Assembly (NCBI GenBank): GCA_963814585.1 | Contig: CAWFDF010000013.1 | Span: forward strand, 32,001 to 96,000 | Direction of reading: 5' to 3' | DNA from: an uncultured delta proteobacterium | GTDB lineage: Bacteria; Myxococcota; Myxococcia; Myxococcales; Anaeromyxobacteraceae | DNA length: 64,000 bases | Part shown: piece by piece, positions 1 to 11,810 of the stretch | Position numbering within the stretch: position 1 is the first letter of the stretch | How the letters are laid out: each line of letters starts with the position of its first letter | Made by a program: the position numbers and the translations under genes | The notes under the pieces: model-generated | The model's database searches: none | Told to the model about the DNA's origin: nothing | What the model saw: the letters and a program-made list of their open reading frames with translations, nothing else

Positions 1-1
1 C

Positions 2-157
2 GAGACGGCCCATCGAATCATGCTGAACGTTCACATGCACGGCGTCGGGGTGGCGGGTATCTATCCAAGAGAGATCGCCGAGCACAGGGCGGAGAAGGTG
101 ATGACCCTGGCCCGGGAGGCGGAGTTCCCCCTCCTCTGCACGATCGAACCGGAGTGA
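2..157 (+). CDS. clpS: Clp protease adaptor ClpS (3' part, cut by window edge)
   Basis: Manual translation ETAHRIMLNVHMHGVGVAGIYPREIAEHRAEKVMTLAREAEFPLLCTIEPE* matches the ClpS C-terminus; lies directly upstream of clpA. Confidence 0.93.
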   Translation, partial: ETAHRIMLNVHMHGVGVAGIYPREIAEHRAEKVMTLAREAEFPLLCTIEPE

Positions 158-159
158 CG

Positions 160-2460
<2,301 letters not shown>

Positions 2461-2476
2461 GGCCGTGGCCCCGGCG

Positions 2477-2980
2477 CTACCGGGCCAGCGCCCCCAGCAC
2501 CGCCTCCAGGGCGGCGAGGTCGTGGCCGCCGCTGGCCACCACCTCCGGCCGCTCGGGGGGCTCGAAGGCGACGCCGGCCCCGGGCAGGAGCGGCGCCTCC
2601 CCGGCACGTGCCGCGGCCCACAGCCCCTTGGGGTCGCGGCCCTCGCACGCCTCCGGGGGCGTCGCCACGTGGACCTCGACGAAGCGCGGCGAGAGTGCCC
2701 GGGCCCGCTCGCGGTGGACGCGCCGGTGGGCCGTGGCGGCCACCAGGACCGTCTGCCCCTGCGACGCGAGCAGCGCCGCCAGCCGGGCCAGCGTCTCGTA
2801 GAAGGCGTCGCGCCCGGCGGGCGTGTACCCCGGCGACGGCACCAGGGCGCGCCGGACCTCGTCGCCGTCCAGCAGCACCACCGGTGCGCCGGCCGCCAGC
2901 AGCCGCTCCCGGACCAGCCTGGCCAGCGTCGACTTGCCCGACGAGGGCAGCCCGGTGAACCAGGCGACCGCCCCGCTCAC
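2477..2980 (-). CDS. cysC: Adenylyl-sulfate (APS) kinase-like P-loop kinase
   Basis: WFTGLPSSGKST, LDGD, RDPKGLW and FEPP motifs; GTG start overlaps the upstream stop (GTGA). Confidence 0.75.
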   Translation of the reverse strand: MSGAVAWFTGLPSSGKSTLARLVRERLLAAGAPVVLLDGDEVRRALVPSPGYTPAGRDAFYETLARLAALLASQGQTVLVAATAHRRVHRERARALSPRFVEVHVATPPEACEGRDPKGLWAAARAGEAPLLPGAGVAFEPPERPEVVASGGHDLAALEAVLGALAR

Positions 2981-4068
2981 GCGAGGAGCTCCTCGGCCCA
3001 GGCCGGGTCGAAGGCCCTCGAGTCGAGCGCCCGCTCGGCCAGCCCGAGCAGCGCGTCCCGGCCGCCGGGGGAGAGCCCGGGGTAGAAGCGCGGGCAGGCG
3101 AGCACCAGCGCCCGCCACGCCAGGAAGGGCGCCACCGCCTCCAGCAGCCCGCCGCTCCCGGCCGACGCCAGGTAGCGCGCCCAGGCCCGGCGCCACAGCA
3201 CCCCGAGCCCCTTCCAGGCGCCCGGCCAATCCAGCGCGAAGAACGGGTAGTTGATGGTGAGCGCGACCACGTCGTCGGCGGGATCGCCGAGCCCGCCCCG
3301 GCTCGAGTCGAGCAGCGTGAAGCCGGTCCCCTCGCCGAAGATGATGTTGAAGGGGTGGAGGTCACCGTGGGTCTGGCGGAGCCGCGAGGTGCGCGCCCGC
3401 AGCCGCCAGCGCCAGGACAGCGCCCTCGCCTCCAGCGCCTCGAGGCGCGCCGGCGAGGCCGACGGCACGTCGTCGCCGTAGCCGTCGACGATGCCGAAGA
3501 TCCCCTCGCCGTGGCCGAGCAGGTCGCGCACCGCGCGCCGCCAGGCCACCGGGGCGTCGATCGGTGCGGCGTGCAGCCGGACCATCCAGTCGACCAGCGC
3601 GTCGCCGCGGGCCAGGTCGAGCGGCCCGGCGCCGCGCGCGGCCACCTCCCTCAGGTCGTCGGCGTACGGGTGCCCCTCGGCGTACTCGGTGACCAGGTAG
3701 GGCTCTCCGGCGCCGCGCAGCGAGACCAGGGCTCCGCCTGGGCCGATGGCGCCGACGTCGAGCGCGGCCACGTGGCCGGGAATGCGGCCGAAGCCGTCAT
3801 AGGCCAGCACCAGCCCGTCGAAGCGATCGGCGCGCCGGTCGTGGCCAAAGGGGTTCGGCGCCATGGTGCGGAAGACCAGGCTCTGCCGCCGCCCCGTGGC
3901 GTCGACGACGGTGAGCCGGAGCGGCTTCCCGTACCCTTCGGCCTTGCGCGTCGTCCCGGCGGCCGTGGCGGTGGCGTCGTCGGGCGCGAGGGGCTCCACC
4001 GCCTCGAGGCGCCCGCCCGGCACCAGGGCCGCCGCGAGCCTGACGAGCCCGTCGTCGAGCGGCGCCAC
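2977..4068 (-). CDS. Aminoglycoside-phosphotransferase/choline-kinase-like family kinase
   Basis: Brenner motif HGDLHPFNI followed by LLD and GDPADD; GGAGG RBS before the GTG. Confidence 0.8.
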   Translation of the reverse strand: MAPLDDGLVRLAAALVPGGRLEAVEPLAPDDATATAAGTTRKAEGYGKPLRLTVVDATGRRQSLVFRTMAPNPFGHDRRADRFDGLVLAYDGFGRIPGHVAALDVGAIGPGGALVSLRGAGEPYLVTEYAEGHPYADDLREVAARGAGPLDLARGDALVDWMVRLHAAPIDAPVAWRRAVRDLLGHGEGIFGIVDGYGDDVPSASPARLEALEARALSWRWRLRARTSRLRQTHGDLHPFNIIFGEGTGFTLLDSSRGGLGDPADDVVALTINYPFFALDWPGAWKGLGVLWRRAWARYLASAGSGGLLEAVAPFLAWRALVLACPRFYPGLSPGGRDALLGLAERALDSRAFDPAWAEELLA

Positions 4069-4083
4069 GGAACCTCCCGGATG

Positions 4084-4371
4084 CTAGTAGGGGCCCACCC
4101 GCGGGCGCTCCGACTGCCGCGACTCCTGCGTCCGCTGCTTGATCCTGGACTGCGCGTCGGTCTTCAGCCGGTTGGACGACTTGCGCGTCGACTTCCGCGA
4201 GGGGCGCTGGCCAGGTGCATCCTCGAGGGCGTACGCGGCGTGCTTGGCGGCGCGCTCCGACTCGTTGTGGGCCTCCACCTTCCCGTCGCGTGGCAGGCGC
4301 GTCACCACCTTGGCCTTCTTGGGTCCGGACCGCTCGGTGTTGTAGCGAAACCACTCAGCCCTGGTCGCCAT
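4084..4371 (-). CDS. Small basic hypothetical protein (95 aa)
   Basis: AGGAGG RBS; Lys/Arg/Ser-rich sequence (RPSRKSTRKSSNR) unlike the GC-driven shadow ORFs. Confidence 0.75.
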   Translation of the reverse strand: MATRAEWFRYNTERSGPKKAKVVTRLPRDGKVEAHNESERAAKHAAYALEDAPGQRPSRKSTRKSSNRLKTDAQSRIKQRTQESRQSERPRVGPY

Positions 4372-4501
4372 CCGAGGAACCTCCTGGGTGGGCGGAGAAT
4401 GGGCCCACACCATCACGCTGCGCCCCCTGGCCCCCGGGCGCAAGGATGGGAGGAGTCCCCAAAGGGGCGCCCGCCGCCGGGCGCGACAGGGTGCGCCGCT
4501 C

Positions 4502-6094
4502 CTACTCGCGCCGCACGTCGCGCAGCAGCTCGCGCGCCGCGTTGTAGCCGCAGGCCCCCATGACGCCGCCTCCAGGGTGGGTGGCGGCGCCGCACAGGTA
4601 CAGGCCGGGAACCGGCGTCCGGTAGCTGGCGTGGCCGGGGACCGGACGCATGGAGAACAGCTGCGAGAGCCCCATCGCCCCCTGGAAGATGTTGCCGCCG
4701 GTGAGCGAGAAGCGCCGCTCGAGGTCCAGCGGGGAGAGCACCTCCCGGTGGATCACCGAGGCGCGGAAGCCGGGGGCGTGCTGCTCCAGGAGGTCGAGGC
4801 AGCGGTCGGCGAAGGGCTCCTTCAGCTCGTCCCAGTGCCCCTCGGCGAGCCGGTAGGGGGCATACTGGACGAAGATGGACATGAGGTGCTGCCCGGGCGG
4901 CGCCACGGAGGGGTCGACCACCGACGGGATGGTGGCCTCCAGGATGGGCTGGCGCGAGGGACGTCCGGCCCGGGCGTCGTCGAAGGCCCGCTCCATGTAC
5001 TCGAGCGACGGGCAGACGTGGATGGTGCCGCGGTGGTGCGGGGCGGCGGCGCCGCCGGGCCGGGCGGTGAAGTCGGGCAGGCGGGAGAGGGCCAGGTTGA
5101 TCTTGAGGGAGGCGCTCGAGTAGTCGATGGTGCGCACCGCCTCGACCACCTCGTCGGGCAGGTGGCGCGCCCCCACCAGGCCGAGCAGCGTGACGGTGGC
5201 GTCGGCGCAGGAGACCACCCGTCGCGCCGCCAGCTCGGTGCCGTCGGCCAGCACCACGCCGCCGGCCCGCCCGTCGCGCACCTCGATGCGGGCCACCCGG
5301 GCGCCGGTGCGGATCTCGGCGCCGTGGGCGCGGGCCGCCGCCGCCAGCGCCTCGGGGAGGGAGCCCATGCCGCCCTTCACGTAGCCCCAGACACCGCGCG
5401 CGCCGTGGCACTCGCCCATGACGTGGTGGAAGAGGACGTAGGCGGTGCCCGGGGTCGAGGGCGAGGCGAAGGCGCCGATGATGGCGTCGGTGGCCAGCGT
5501 GGCCTTGAGCTCGTCCGACTCGAACCAGCGGTCCAGGATGGTGCGCGCCGGCGCGGTCAGGATCTCCACGGCGCGGGGGCCGTCGGCGCCCAGCCGGGCG
5601 AAGCGGAGCGCGGTCTTCCCGAGCCGCCACAGGTCGCCGAGCCGCCGGGAGAAGGGATCGGGTGGCGTCTCCAGCAGCGTCGGCTCGATGGCGCCGGCGA
5701 TGCGCAGCAGCATGGCCTCGTACTCGGGGAGCCGCTCGGCGTCACGCGTCGAGAACCTCGCCACCTCCCGCCGGTTGAGGGCCGGGTCGGGGCCCATGAG
5801 CAGGGAGCGGCCGTCGGGGAAGGGCGTGAAGGAGGAGGGATCCCGTGGCAGCACCTGGTAGCCGTGACGCCCGAGCTCGAGGTCGCGGACGATCTCGGGG
5901 CGGAAGAGGCTCACCACGTAGGCCGCGGTGGAGACGCGGTACCCCGGCCAGGTGGCCTCGGTGCAGCAGGCGCCGCCGACCCGCTCGAGCGCCTCGAGGA
6001 CCAGCACCTTCAGGCCGGCGCGGGCCAGGTAGGCGGCGGTGACGAGGCCGTTGTGCCCGGCGCCGACGACGATGACGTCCCAGTAGGTGGCCAT
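4502..6094 (-). CDS. FAD-dependent oxidoreductase, phytoene dehydrogenase-like (COG1233)
   Basis: N-terminal GAGHNGL Rossmann motif; C-terminal GLYLCGAATHPGGGVMG. Confidence 0.9.
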   Translation of the reverse strand: MATYWDVIVVGAGHNGLVTAAYLARAGLKVLVLEALERVGGACCTEATWPGYRVSTAAYVVSLFRPEIVRDLELGRHGYQVLPRDPSSFTPFPDGRSLLMGPDPALNRREVARFSTRDAERLPEYEAMLLRIAGAIEPTLLETPPDPFSRRLGDLWRLGKTALRFARLGADGPRAVEILTAPARTILDRWFESDELKATLATDAIIGAFASPSTPGTAYVLFHHVMGECHGARGVWGYVKGGMGSLPEALAAAARAHGAEIRTGARVARIEVRDGRAGGVVLADGTELAARRVVSCADATVTLLGLVGARHLPDEVVEAVRTIDYSSASLKINLALSRLPDFTARPGGAAAPHHRGTIHVCPSLEYMERAFDDARAGRPSRQPILEATIPSVVDPSVAPPGQHLMSIFVQYAPYRLAEGHWDELKEPFADRCLDLLEQHAPGFRASVIHREVLSPLDLERRFSLTGGNIFQGAMGLSQLFSMRPVPGHASYRTPVPGLYLCGAATHPGGGVMGACGYNAARELLRDVRRE

Positions 6095-6181
6095 GTCGCA
6101 CCTTGGCGCCGGAGCCCTCCGCGGACCACGTCCCGGGTGGGGCGTCGGCTGGCCAGGCTCGTCGTCGGCGCCCGGGAGCCG

Positions 6182-7018
6182 CTAACCCTGGCCCAGCGGC
6201 CGTCCGCTCCGGCACCACTCGCTGAAGGATCCGACGTAGAGGGACGCCCCGTCGAGCCCCGCCAGCTCCAGGGCCAGCAGGGTGTGGCAAGCGGTGACGC
6301 CCGACCCGCAGTGGACCACCAGCCGCTCCGACGGCGTGCCGCCCAGGAGGTCGAGGTACATGAGCCGGAGCGTCGCCGGGTCCTTGAAGCGGCCGGTGGC
6401 ATCCAGGTTCTCGGTGAAGGGCAGGTTGACGGTGCCGGGGATGCGCCCGGCCACCGGGTCGAGGGTCTCCGACTCGCCGCGCCAGCGCTCCCGGCTCCGC
6501 ACGTCGAGCACCTTCCAGCCCGGGTCCTTCAGCAGCCGCTCCACGGCGGCGAGCTCCACGGTCGGGCGCGCCCAGGCGCCGCAGGGATGGGGCTCGGTCG
6601 CGGTGACCGGTGGTGGCTCGGCGGTGGTCAGGCGGGCGCCGGCCGAGAGCGCCGCCGCGAGCCCACCGTCGAGCACCGCCACCCGCTGGTGACCGACCGC
6701 CCTCAGCATCCACCAGAGCCGGCAGGCGGCGTTGCCACCGGAGGCCCCGTCGTAGGCGACCACCAGGGTCTCGGGTCCGATCCCCCAGGCGCCCAGCTGC
6801 TCGCACCAGGTGGCCAGCGGGGGGAGCGGGTGGCGGCCGCCCCGGGCCGGGTCGAAGCCCGGCTCGGAGGCGGCGCTGAGCCGGAGGTTCAGGTCGGCGT
6901 GGAGCGCGCCTTCCAGGTGACCCGCCGCGTACCCCTCGGCGCCCGGGCGGGCGTCGAGGAGGCGGACGGGGCCCGTGGTGGCGCGCAGCGCCTCGGCCGA
7001 GATGAGCGGGCCGATCAC
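6182..7018 (-). CDS. Sulfurtransferase (tandem rhodanese, SseA-like)
   Basis: GRHPLP, GRIPG, active-site loop HCGSGVTAC and YVGSFSEW; GTG start overlaps the upstream stop. Confidence 0.9.
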   Translation of the reverse strand: MIGPLISAEALRATTGPVRLLDARPGAEGYAAGHLEGALHADLNLRLSAASEPGFDPARGGRHPLPPLATWCEQLGAWGIGPETLVVAYDGASGGNAACRLWWMLRAVGHQRVAVLDGGLAAALSAGARLTTAEPPPVTATEPHPCGAWARPTVELAAVERLLKDPGWKVLDVRSRERWRGESETLDPVAGRIPGTVNLPFTENLDATGRFKDPATLRLMYLDLLGGTPSERLVVHCGSGVTACHTLLALELAGLDGASLYVGSFSEWCRSGRPLGQG

Positions 7019-7608
7019 TTCACCTGGAGCTGCTTGGCCAGGTCGGCCGCCTTCTTGGTCAGGTCTCCCGCCCCGGCCATCGCGCCGGCCGCGTCGGTCT
7101 CGGCGCTGGCCTTCAGCTTCGCCAGGCCATCCTCGAGCGCGGCCAGGCCGGTCTTGGCCTGGGCCAGGGTGGCCTTGGTGATCCCCTTGGGGAGCTTCTT
7201 GGCCTTGGTCAGCTCGGCCAGGCGCGCCTTGATGGCCGAGAGCTGGCCGGGCAGCGCCGCGGTGGCGTCGGCGAAGGCCTGCTTGGCCGCCGCCAGGGCC
7301 TTGGCAGCCTCGTCCTTCTTGGCCTGCGCGGCCGCCATCGCCTCCTTCACCTTGGCCGGGATCTCGCCGGCCGTGGCCAGCGCCGCCTTGAAGTCCTCCT
7401 TGGCGGCCTGGGCCCTGGCGCTCGCGAGGGCGTCCTTGGCGGCCTGCACCTGGGCGGGCGCCAGCTTCGACACCTCCTCGGTGAGGGTCGCCAGGGCGGC
7501 CTCGCCGGCCTTGAGGGCGGCTTCGGCCGGCGCCTTGTTGGCGTCGGTGCAGGCAGCGAGGAGGAGGATCGGGGCAAGGGCCAGCGCCAGCGAGGTCTTC
7601 CGGTTCAT
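7015..7608 (-). CDS. Ala/Lys-rich helical lipoprotein
   Basis: Signal peptide with lipobox LAA-C (MNRKTSLALALAPILLLAAC); GGAG RBS. Confidence 0.8.
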   Translation of the reverse strand: MNRKTSLALALAPILLLAACTDANKAPAEAALKAGEAALATLTEEVSKLAPAQVQAAKDALASARAQAAKEDFKAALATAGEIPAKVKEAMAAAQAKKDEAAKALAAAKQAFADATAALPGQLSAIKARLAELTKAKKLPKGITKATLAQAKTGLAALEDGLAKLKASAETDAAGAMAGAGDLTKKAADLAKQLQVK

Positions 7609-7803
7609 CGTCGGGTCTCCGTGGTCGGGCCGCGCAGGGCGCGGCGGTTCCCCCCTTCTCCCAGCCCCGGCGGGCGGCGTCAACCATGCTGGAGGGCTCC
7701 CCGGACTGGCGAGGCGGCGGAGCGTGCCACGGCGCGCCAGCCGCCATCCTTCCCCGGGCTCGGGGCGTCGCTTCACCCGCCCCCATCGGCTACAACTCCG
7801 GCC

Positions 7804-10389
7804 GTGGAACCCCTCCCCATCGACCCGCTCCTGCCCGAGATCGTGGCCGCGCTCCGCGCCGGCGGCTCGCTGGTCATCGAGGCGCCTCCCGGCGCCGGCA
7901 AGACCACCCGCGTCCCGGCGGCCATCCACGCCGCCGGCCTGGTGGAGGGCGAGGTGGTGGTGCTGGAGCCGCGCCGGCTGGCGGCCCGGCTGGCGGCACG
8001 CCGGGTGGCCGAGGAGCTGGGCGAGCGGCCCGGCGAGACCGTCGGCTACCAGGTCCGCTTCGAGGACGTCTCGGGGCCCCGCACCCGCATCCGCTTCGTC
8101 ACCGAGGGGCTCCTGCTCCGCCGCCTGCTCTCGGAGCCCACCCTCCCCGGTGTCGGCGCCGTCCTGCTCGACGAGTTCCACGAGCGCCACCTGCACGGTG
8201 ACCTGGCGCTGGCGCTGCTCCGGCGCCTGCAGCGGACCCGCCGCCCCGAGCTCAAGCTGGTGGCCATGTCGGCCACCCTCGACGCCGCGCCGGTGGCCGC
8301 CTTCCTGGGCGCCCCCACCCTCCGCTCCGAGGGGCGCCGCTTCGAGGTGGCCATCGAGCACCTCACGCCCGAGGAGGCGGCCCGCACCGACGACCGGCTC
8401 GAGGATCGGGTCACCCGCGCCGTGAAGCGGCTGCTGCGGGAGGAGCCCGACGGCCACCTGCTCGTCTTCCTGCCGGGCGGCGCCGAGATCCGCTGGTGCG
8501 CGAGCCGGCTCGGCGGCCTGGCCGACTCGGGCGTCGACGTCCTCCCGCTCCACGGCGACCTGAGGCCGGAGGAGCAGGACCGGGCCGTCCGCCCCTCGCC
8601 GCGGCGCAAGGTGATCCTCTCCACCAACGTGGCCGAGACCTCGGTCACCATCGACGGGGTGGTGGCGGTGGTGGACTCCGGCCTGGCCCGCATCGCCTCC
8701 CACTCCCCCTGGTCCGGGCTGCCGACGCTGGAGGTCCGCAAGGTCTCGCGCGCCAGCGCCGCGCAGCGGGCCGGTCGCGCCGGCCGCACCCGCGCCGGCC
8801 GGGCGGTCCGGCTCTACACCCGCCACGACCACGACGCCCGCCCCGCCTACGAGACGCCCGAGGTGGAGCGGGAGGACCTCTCCGAGCCATTCCTGGCGCT
8901 GGCCGGCCTCGGCGTGCTGGCCGCGCCGGATGGCTTCGAGTGGTTCGAGCCGCCGCCCGTCCCGGCCGCCGAGGCGGCGCGCGCCCTGCTGCTCCGGCTT
9001 GGGGCCATCGAGCCCGCCGGCGCCATCACGCCGCTGGGCCGCCGGCTGCTGGCGCTCCCCGCCCACCCGCGCCTGGCCCGGCTGGCCATCGAGGCGGCCG
9101 ATCGTGGCGCGGCCGACGGCGGCGCCCTGCTGGCGGCGCTGCTCGGCGAGCGCGACCTGCGCGATCGGCGCGGCCTCGATGGGGCCTCCCTGCCCGCCAC
9201 CGGCCCCTCCGACCTGCTCGAGCTGATGGGCGTCTTCGAGGAGGCGGCCCGGGCCCGCTTCGACCCGGACCGCTGCCGCCGGCTGGGCGTCAACGCCGGC
9301 GCGGCGCAGGCCGTGGAGCGCGGGCGGCGGCAGCTGCGCGGTGCCATCCGCGTGCGGCCCGGCGTCCGGCCCCTGGCCGCCGAGGCGGCCGAGCAGCCCC
9401 TCCTGATGGCCACGCTGGCCGCCTACCCGGACCGCGTGGCCAGGAGGCGCGCGCCTGGCTCCGACGAGGTGGTCCTCACCGGCGGCGGCAGCGCCCGGCT
9501 CGAGCCGGTGTCGGTGGTCCGCGAGGCGGAGTTGCTGGTGGCCATCGACGCCGAGGAGCGGCGCGGCGATCGGCCCCGACCGGGCGGGTCCCGCGCCGAG
9601 GCCCGGGTCCGGCTCGCCTCGGCGGTGACGCAGGAGATGCTCCTCGACCTCTTCCCCGCCGCGCTCCGCTACGACACCGCGGTGGGCTGGAACGCGCAGG
9701 CGGAGCGCGTCGAGGTCGCCGAGCGGCTCCTCTACGAGGACCTGGTGCTGGAGGAGACCCGGGCCGCCACCCCCGACACCGCCGCCGTGGCGTCCAGGCT
9801 GGCCGAGGAGGCCCTGGCCCGGGGGGCGCGCGCCTTCGCGGCCGAGGGGGCGCTCGACCAGCTCGTGGCCCGCCTCTCGCTGGTGGCCCGGCACGCCCCG
9901 GACCTCGGCGCCACGCCTCCCGACGAGGCGGCGATCCGGGAGGCCCTCCTGGCGAGCTGCCAGGGGCGGCGCAGCTTCGCCGAGCTGCGCGAGGCCGACC
10001 TGCCGGGCGCCCTGCTCGATCTGCAGCCCGGTCCGGTCCGGGCGGCGCTGGCCCGGCTGGCGCCCGAGAAGGTGACGCTCCCGGGGGGCCGGTCGGTCCG
10101 AATCCACTACGAGCCGGGCCAGCCGCCCTGGATCGAGAGCCGGCTACAGGACTTCTTCTCCATGGTGAAGGGGCCGGCGGTGGCCGGCGGCGCCGTCCCG
10201 CTCACGCTCCACCTGCTGGCGCCCAACCAGCGCGCCGTCCAGGTGACGAGCGACCTCCCCGGGTTCTGGGACCGCCACTACCCGGCCCTCCGCCGCGAGC
10301 TGTCCCGCCGCTATCCCCGCCACGCCTGGCCCGAGGATCCGCGGACCGCGCCGCCGCCCACGCCGCTGCCGCCGCGCCCCCGGCGCTGA
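7804..10389 (+). CDS. hrpB: ATP-dependent DEAH-box helicase HrpB
   Basis: GAGKTT, DEFHER, MSAT, TNVAETS and QRAGRAGR motifs; HrpB C-terminus (RRYPRHAWPEDP). Confidence 0.95.
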   Translation: MEPLPIDPLLPEIVAALRAGGSLVIEAPPGAGKTTRVPAAIHAAGLVEGEVVVLEPRRLAARLAARRVAEELGERPGETVGYQVRFEDVSGPRTRIRFVTEGLLLRRLLSEPTLPGVGAVLLDEFHERHLHGDLALALLRRLQRTRRPELKLVAMSATLDAAPVAAFLGAPTLRSEGRRFEVAIEHLTPEEAARTDDRLEDRVTRAVKRLLREEPDGHLLVFLPGGAEIRWCASRLGGLADSGVDVLPLHGDLRPEEQDRAVRPSPRRKVILSTNVAETSVTIDGVVAVVDSGLARIASHSPWSGLPTLEVRKVSRASAAQRAGRAGRTRAGRAVRLYTRHDHDARPAYETPEVEREDLSEPFLALAGLGVLAAPDGFEWFEPPPVPAAEAARALLLRLGAIEPAGAITPLGRRLLALPAHPRLARLAIEAADRGAADGGALLAALLGERDLRDRRGLDGASLPATGPSDLLELMGVFEEAARARFDPDRCRRLGVNAGAAQAVERGRRQLRGAIRVRPGVRPLAAEAAEQPLLMATLAAYPDRVARRRAPGSDEVVLTGGGSARLEPVSVVREAELLVAIDAEERRGDRPRPGGSRAEARVRLASAVTQEMLLDLFPAALRYDTAVGWNAQAERVEVAERLLYEDLVLEETRAATPDTAAVASRLAEEALARGARAFAAEGALDQLVARLSLVARHAPDLGATPPDEAAIREALLASCQGRRSFAELREADLPGALLDLQPGPVRAALARLAPEKVTLPGGRSVRIHYEPGQPPWIESRLQDFFSMVKGPAVAGGAVPLTLHLLAPNQRAVQVTSDLPGFWDRHYPALRRELSRRYPRHAWPEDPRTAPPPTPLPPRPRR

Positions 10390-10436
10390 AGGCGCCCCCT
10401 CCCCGGCCCGGGCGTGCGGATTCCCGCTCCGGTTCG

Positions 10437-10465
10437 TTGACTCCGATTCGACCGCCGCGTACACA
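10437..10465 (+). promoter_or_regulatory. Putative sigma70 promoter of the CBS-domain/NRAMP operon
   Basis: TTGACT-N17-TACACA about 60 nt upstream of the ATG at 10527. Confidence 0.5.
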
Positions 10466-10526
10466 GGCCGAAGCTCGCGGCGTGCGAGCGCGGGCGCCGA
10501 GCGGCGGCCAGCGACGGAGGTCCGGC

Positions 10527-11810
10527 ATGGCCGAGACGGCACCCCAGGGAGAGTCCGCCGCCGATCCCCGCTTCCGCTTCATGTCGTCGATCATCGGCCG
10601 CCCGGTGCGCGGTCCGGACGGCGCGCGGCTCGGCAGGCTGGCCGACCTGGTGGTGGCCACCGGCGAGCACTACCCGCCGGTCGAGAGCCTGGTCCTCAAG
10701 GGACCGGCCGGCCGGCGCCAGTACCCCTGGAGCGCTGTGGAGCGGCTCGACGACCGCGGCCTGACCCTCAAGGCCGACGCCGTCTCCTCGGCGCCACCGG
10801 ACCAGCCGCTCGCCGATCGCATCCCGCTGGTCGAGGAGATCCTCGACCAGCAGATCGTCGACGTCCACGACGCCAAGCTGGTCCGCGTCAACGACCTCCA
10901 CTTCCTGGAGCTGAAGGGGCAGCTGCGGGTCGCCCACGTGGACGTCGGGCTCCGCGGCCTGATCCGCCGGATGGGCTGGGAGCCGCTCGTCGATCGGGTC
11001 CTGCAGCTGGTCAACCCGGGTGCGCCCTACCTCAAGGCCGATCAGCTGGTCTCCTGGAAGCTGGTCCAGCCCCTCGACCAGTCGGCCGGCAAGGTCCGCC
11101 TGGAGGTGGCCCAGCGGCTGCTGGCGACGCTCCACCCGGCCGATCTCGCCGAGATCCTCGAGGACCTGGGCCGCGACCAGCGCACCGTGCTGCTGGAGCG
11201 GCTCGACGTCGAGACCGCGGCCGACGCCCTCGAGGAGGCCAGCCCGGAGATGGCGGCGCAGCTGCTCGAGGAGGTGGCCCCGGAGAAGGCCGCCGACATC
11301 CTCGAGGAGATGGCCCCCGACGAGGCGGCCGACGTCCTCTCCGACCTGCCGGGCGAGACCCGCGAGGAGGTGCTGGCCGCCATGGAGCGGCCGGAGGCCC
11401 GCGAGGTCGAGGCCCTGCTGGCCTACCCCCAGGACTCGGCTGGCGGCCTGATGACGCCCGATCGCCTGCAGCTCGGGCCGGAACGGACCGTGGCCGACGC
11501 CATCGCCGAGCTGCGGCGCCGCGCCGAGGAGCTGCCGCTGGTCTACGAGATCTTCGTCGCCGATGCCGACGGGCGCCTGCTTGGAATCTGCACCCTGCGC
11601 GACCTGGTGCTCCACGAGCCGGGCGCCCGGCTCGGCACCCTCATGCGCGAGCCGCCGGCCACCCTCGGCCTCCACGACCGGCTGCGCGAGGTGGCCGCGG
11701 CCGCGGCCAAGTACAACCTGGTCTCGGTGCCGGTGCTGGACCAGGCCGGCCGGATGCAGGGGATGGTGACGGTGGACGACATCCTCGGCGAGGTGGTCGA
11801 TGCCCGCTGA
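10527..11810 (+). CDS. MgtE-type cytosolic protein (PRC-barrel + MgtE_N + CBS pair, no transmembrane domain)
   Basis: LHPADLAEILE repeats, SAGGLMT and CBS motif GMVTVDD; no hydrophobic C-terminal segments. Confidence 0.88.
   Translation: MAETAPQGESAADPRFRFMSSIIGRPVRGPDGARLGRLADLVVATGEHYPPVESLVLKGPAGRRQYPWSAVERLDDRGLTLKADAVSSAPPDQPLADRIPLVEEILDQQIVDVHDAKLVRVNDLHFLELKGQLRVAHVDVGLRGLIRRMGWEPLVDRVLQLVNPGAPYLKADQLVSWKLVQPLDQSAGKVRLEVAQRLLATLHPADLAEILEDLGRDQRTVLLERLDVETAADALEEASPEMAAQLLEEVAPEKAADILEEMAPDEAADVLSDLPGETREEVLAAMERPEAREVEALLAYPQDSAGGLMTPDRLQLGPERTVADAIAELRRRAEELPLVYEIFVADADGRLLGICTLRDLVLHEPGARLGTLMREPPATLGLHDRLREVAAAAAKYNLVSVPVLDQAGRMQGMVTVDDILGEVVDAR

Noticed and set aside
10390..10526. 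Mg2+ or Mn2+ riboswitch upstream of the CBS/NRAMP operon
   Set aside because: The leader after the likely promoter is only about 55 nt, with no recognisable M-box or yybP-ykoY motifs.
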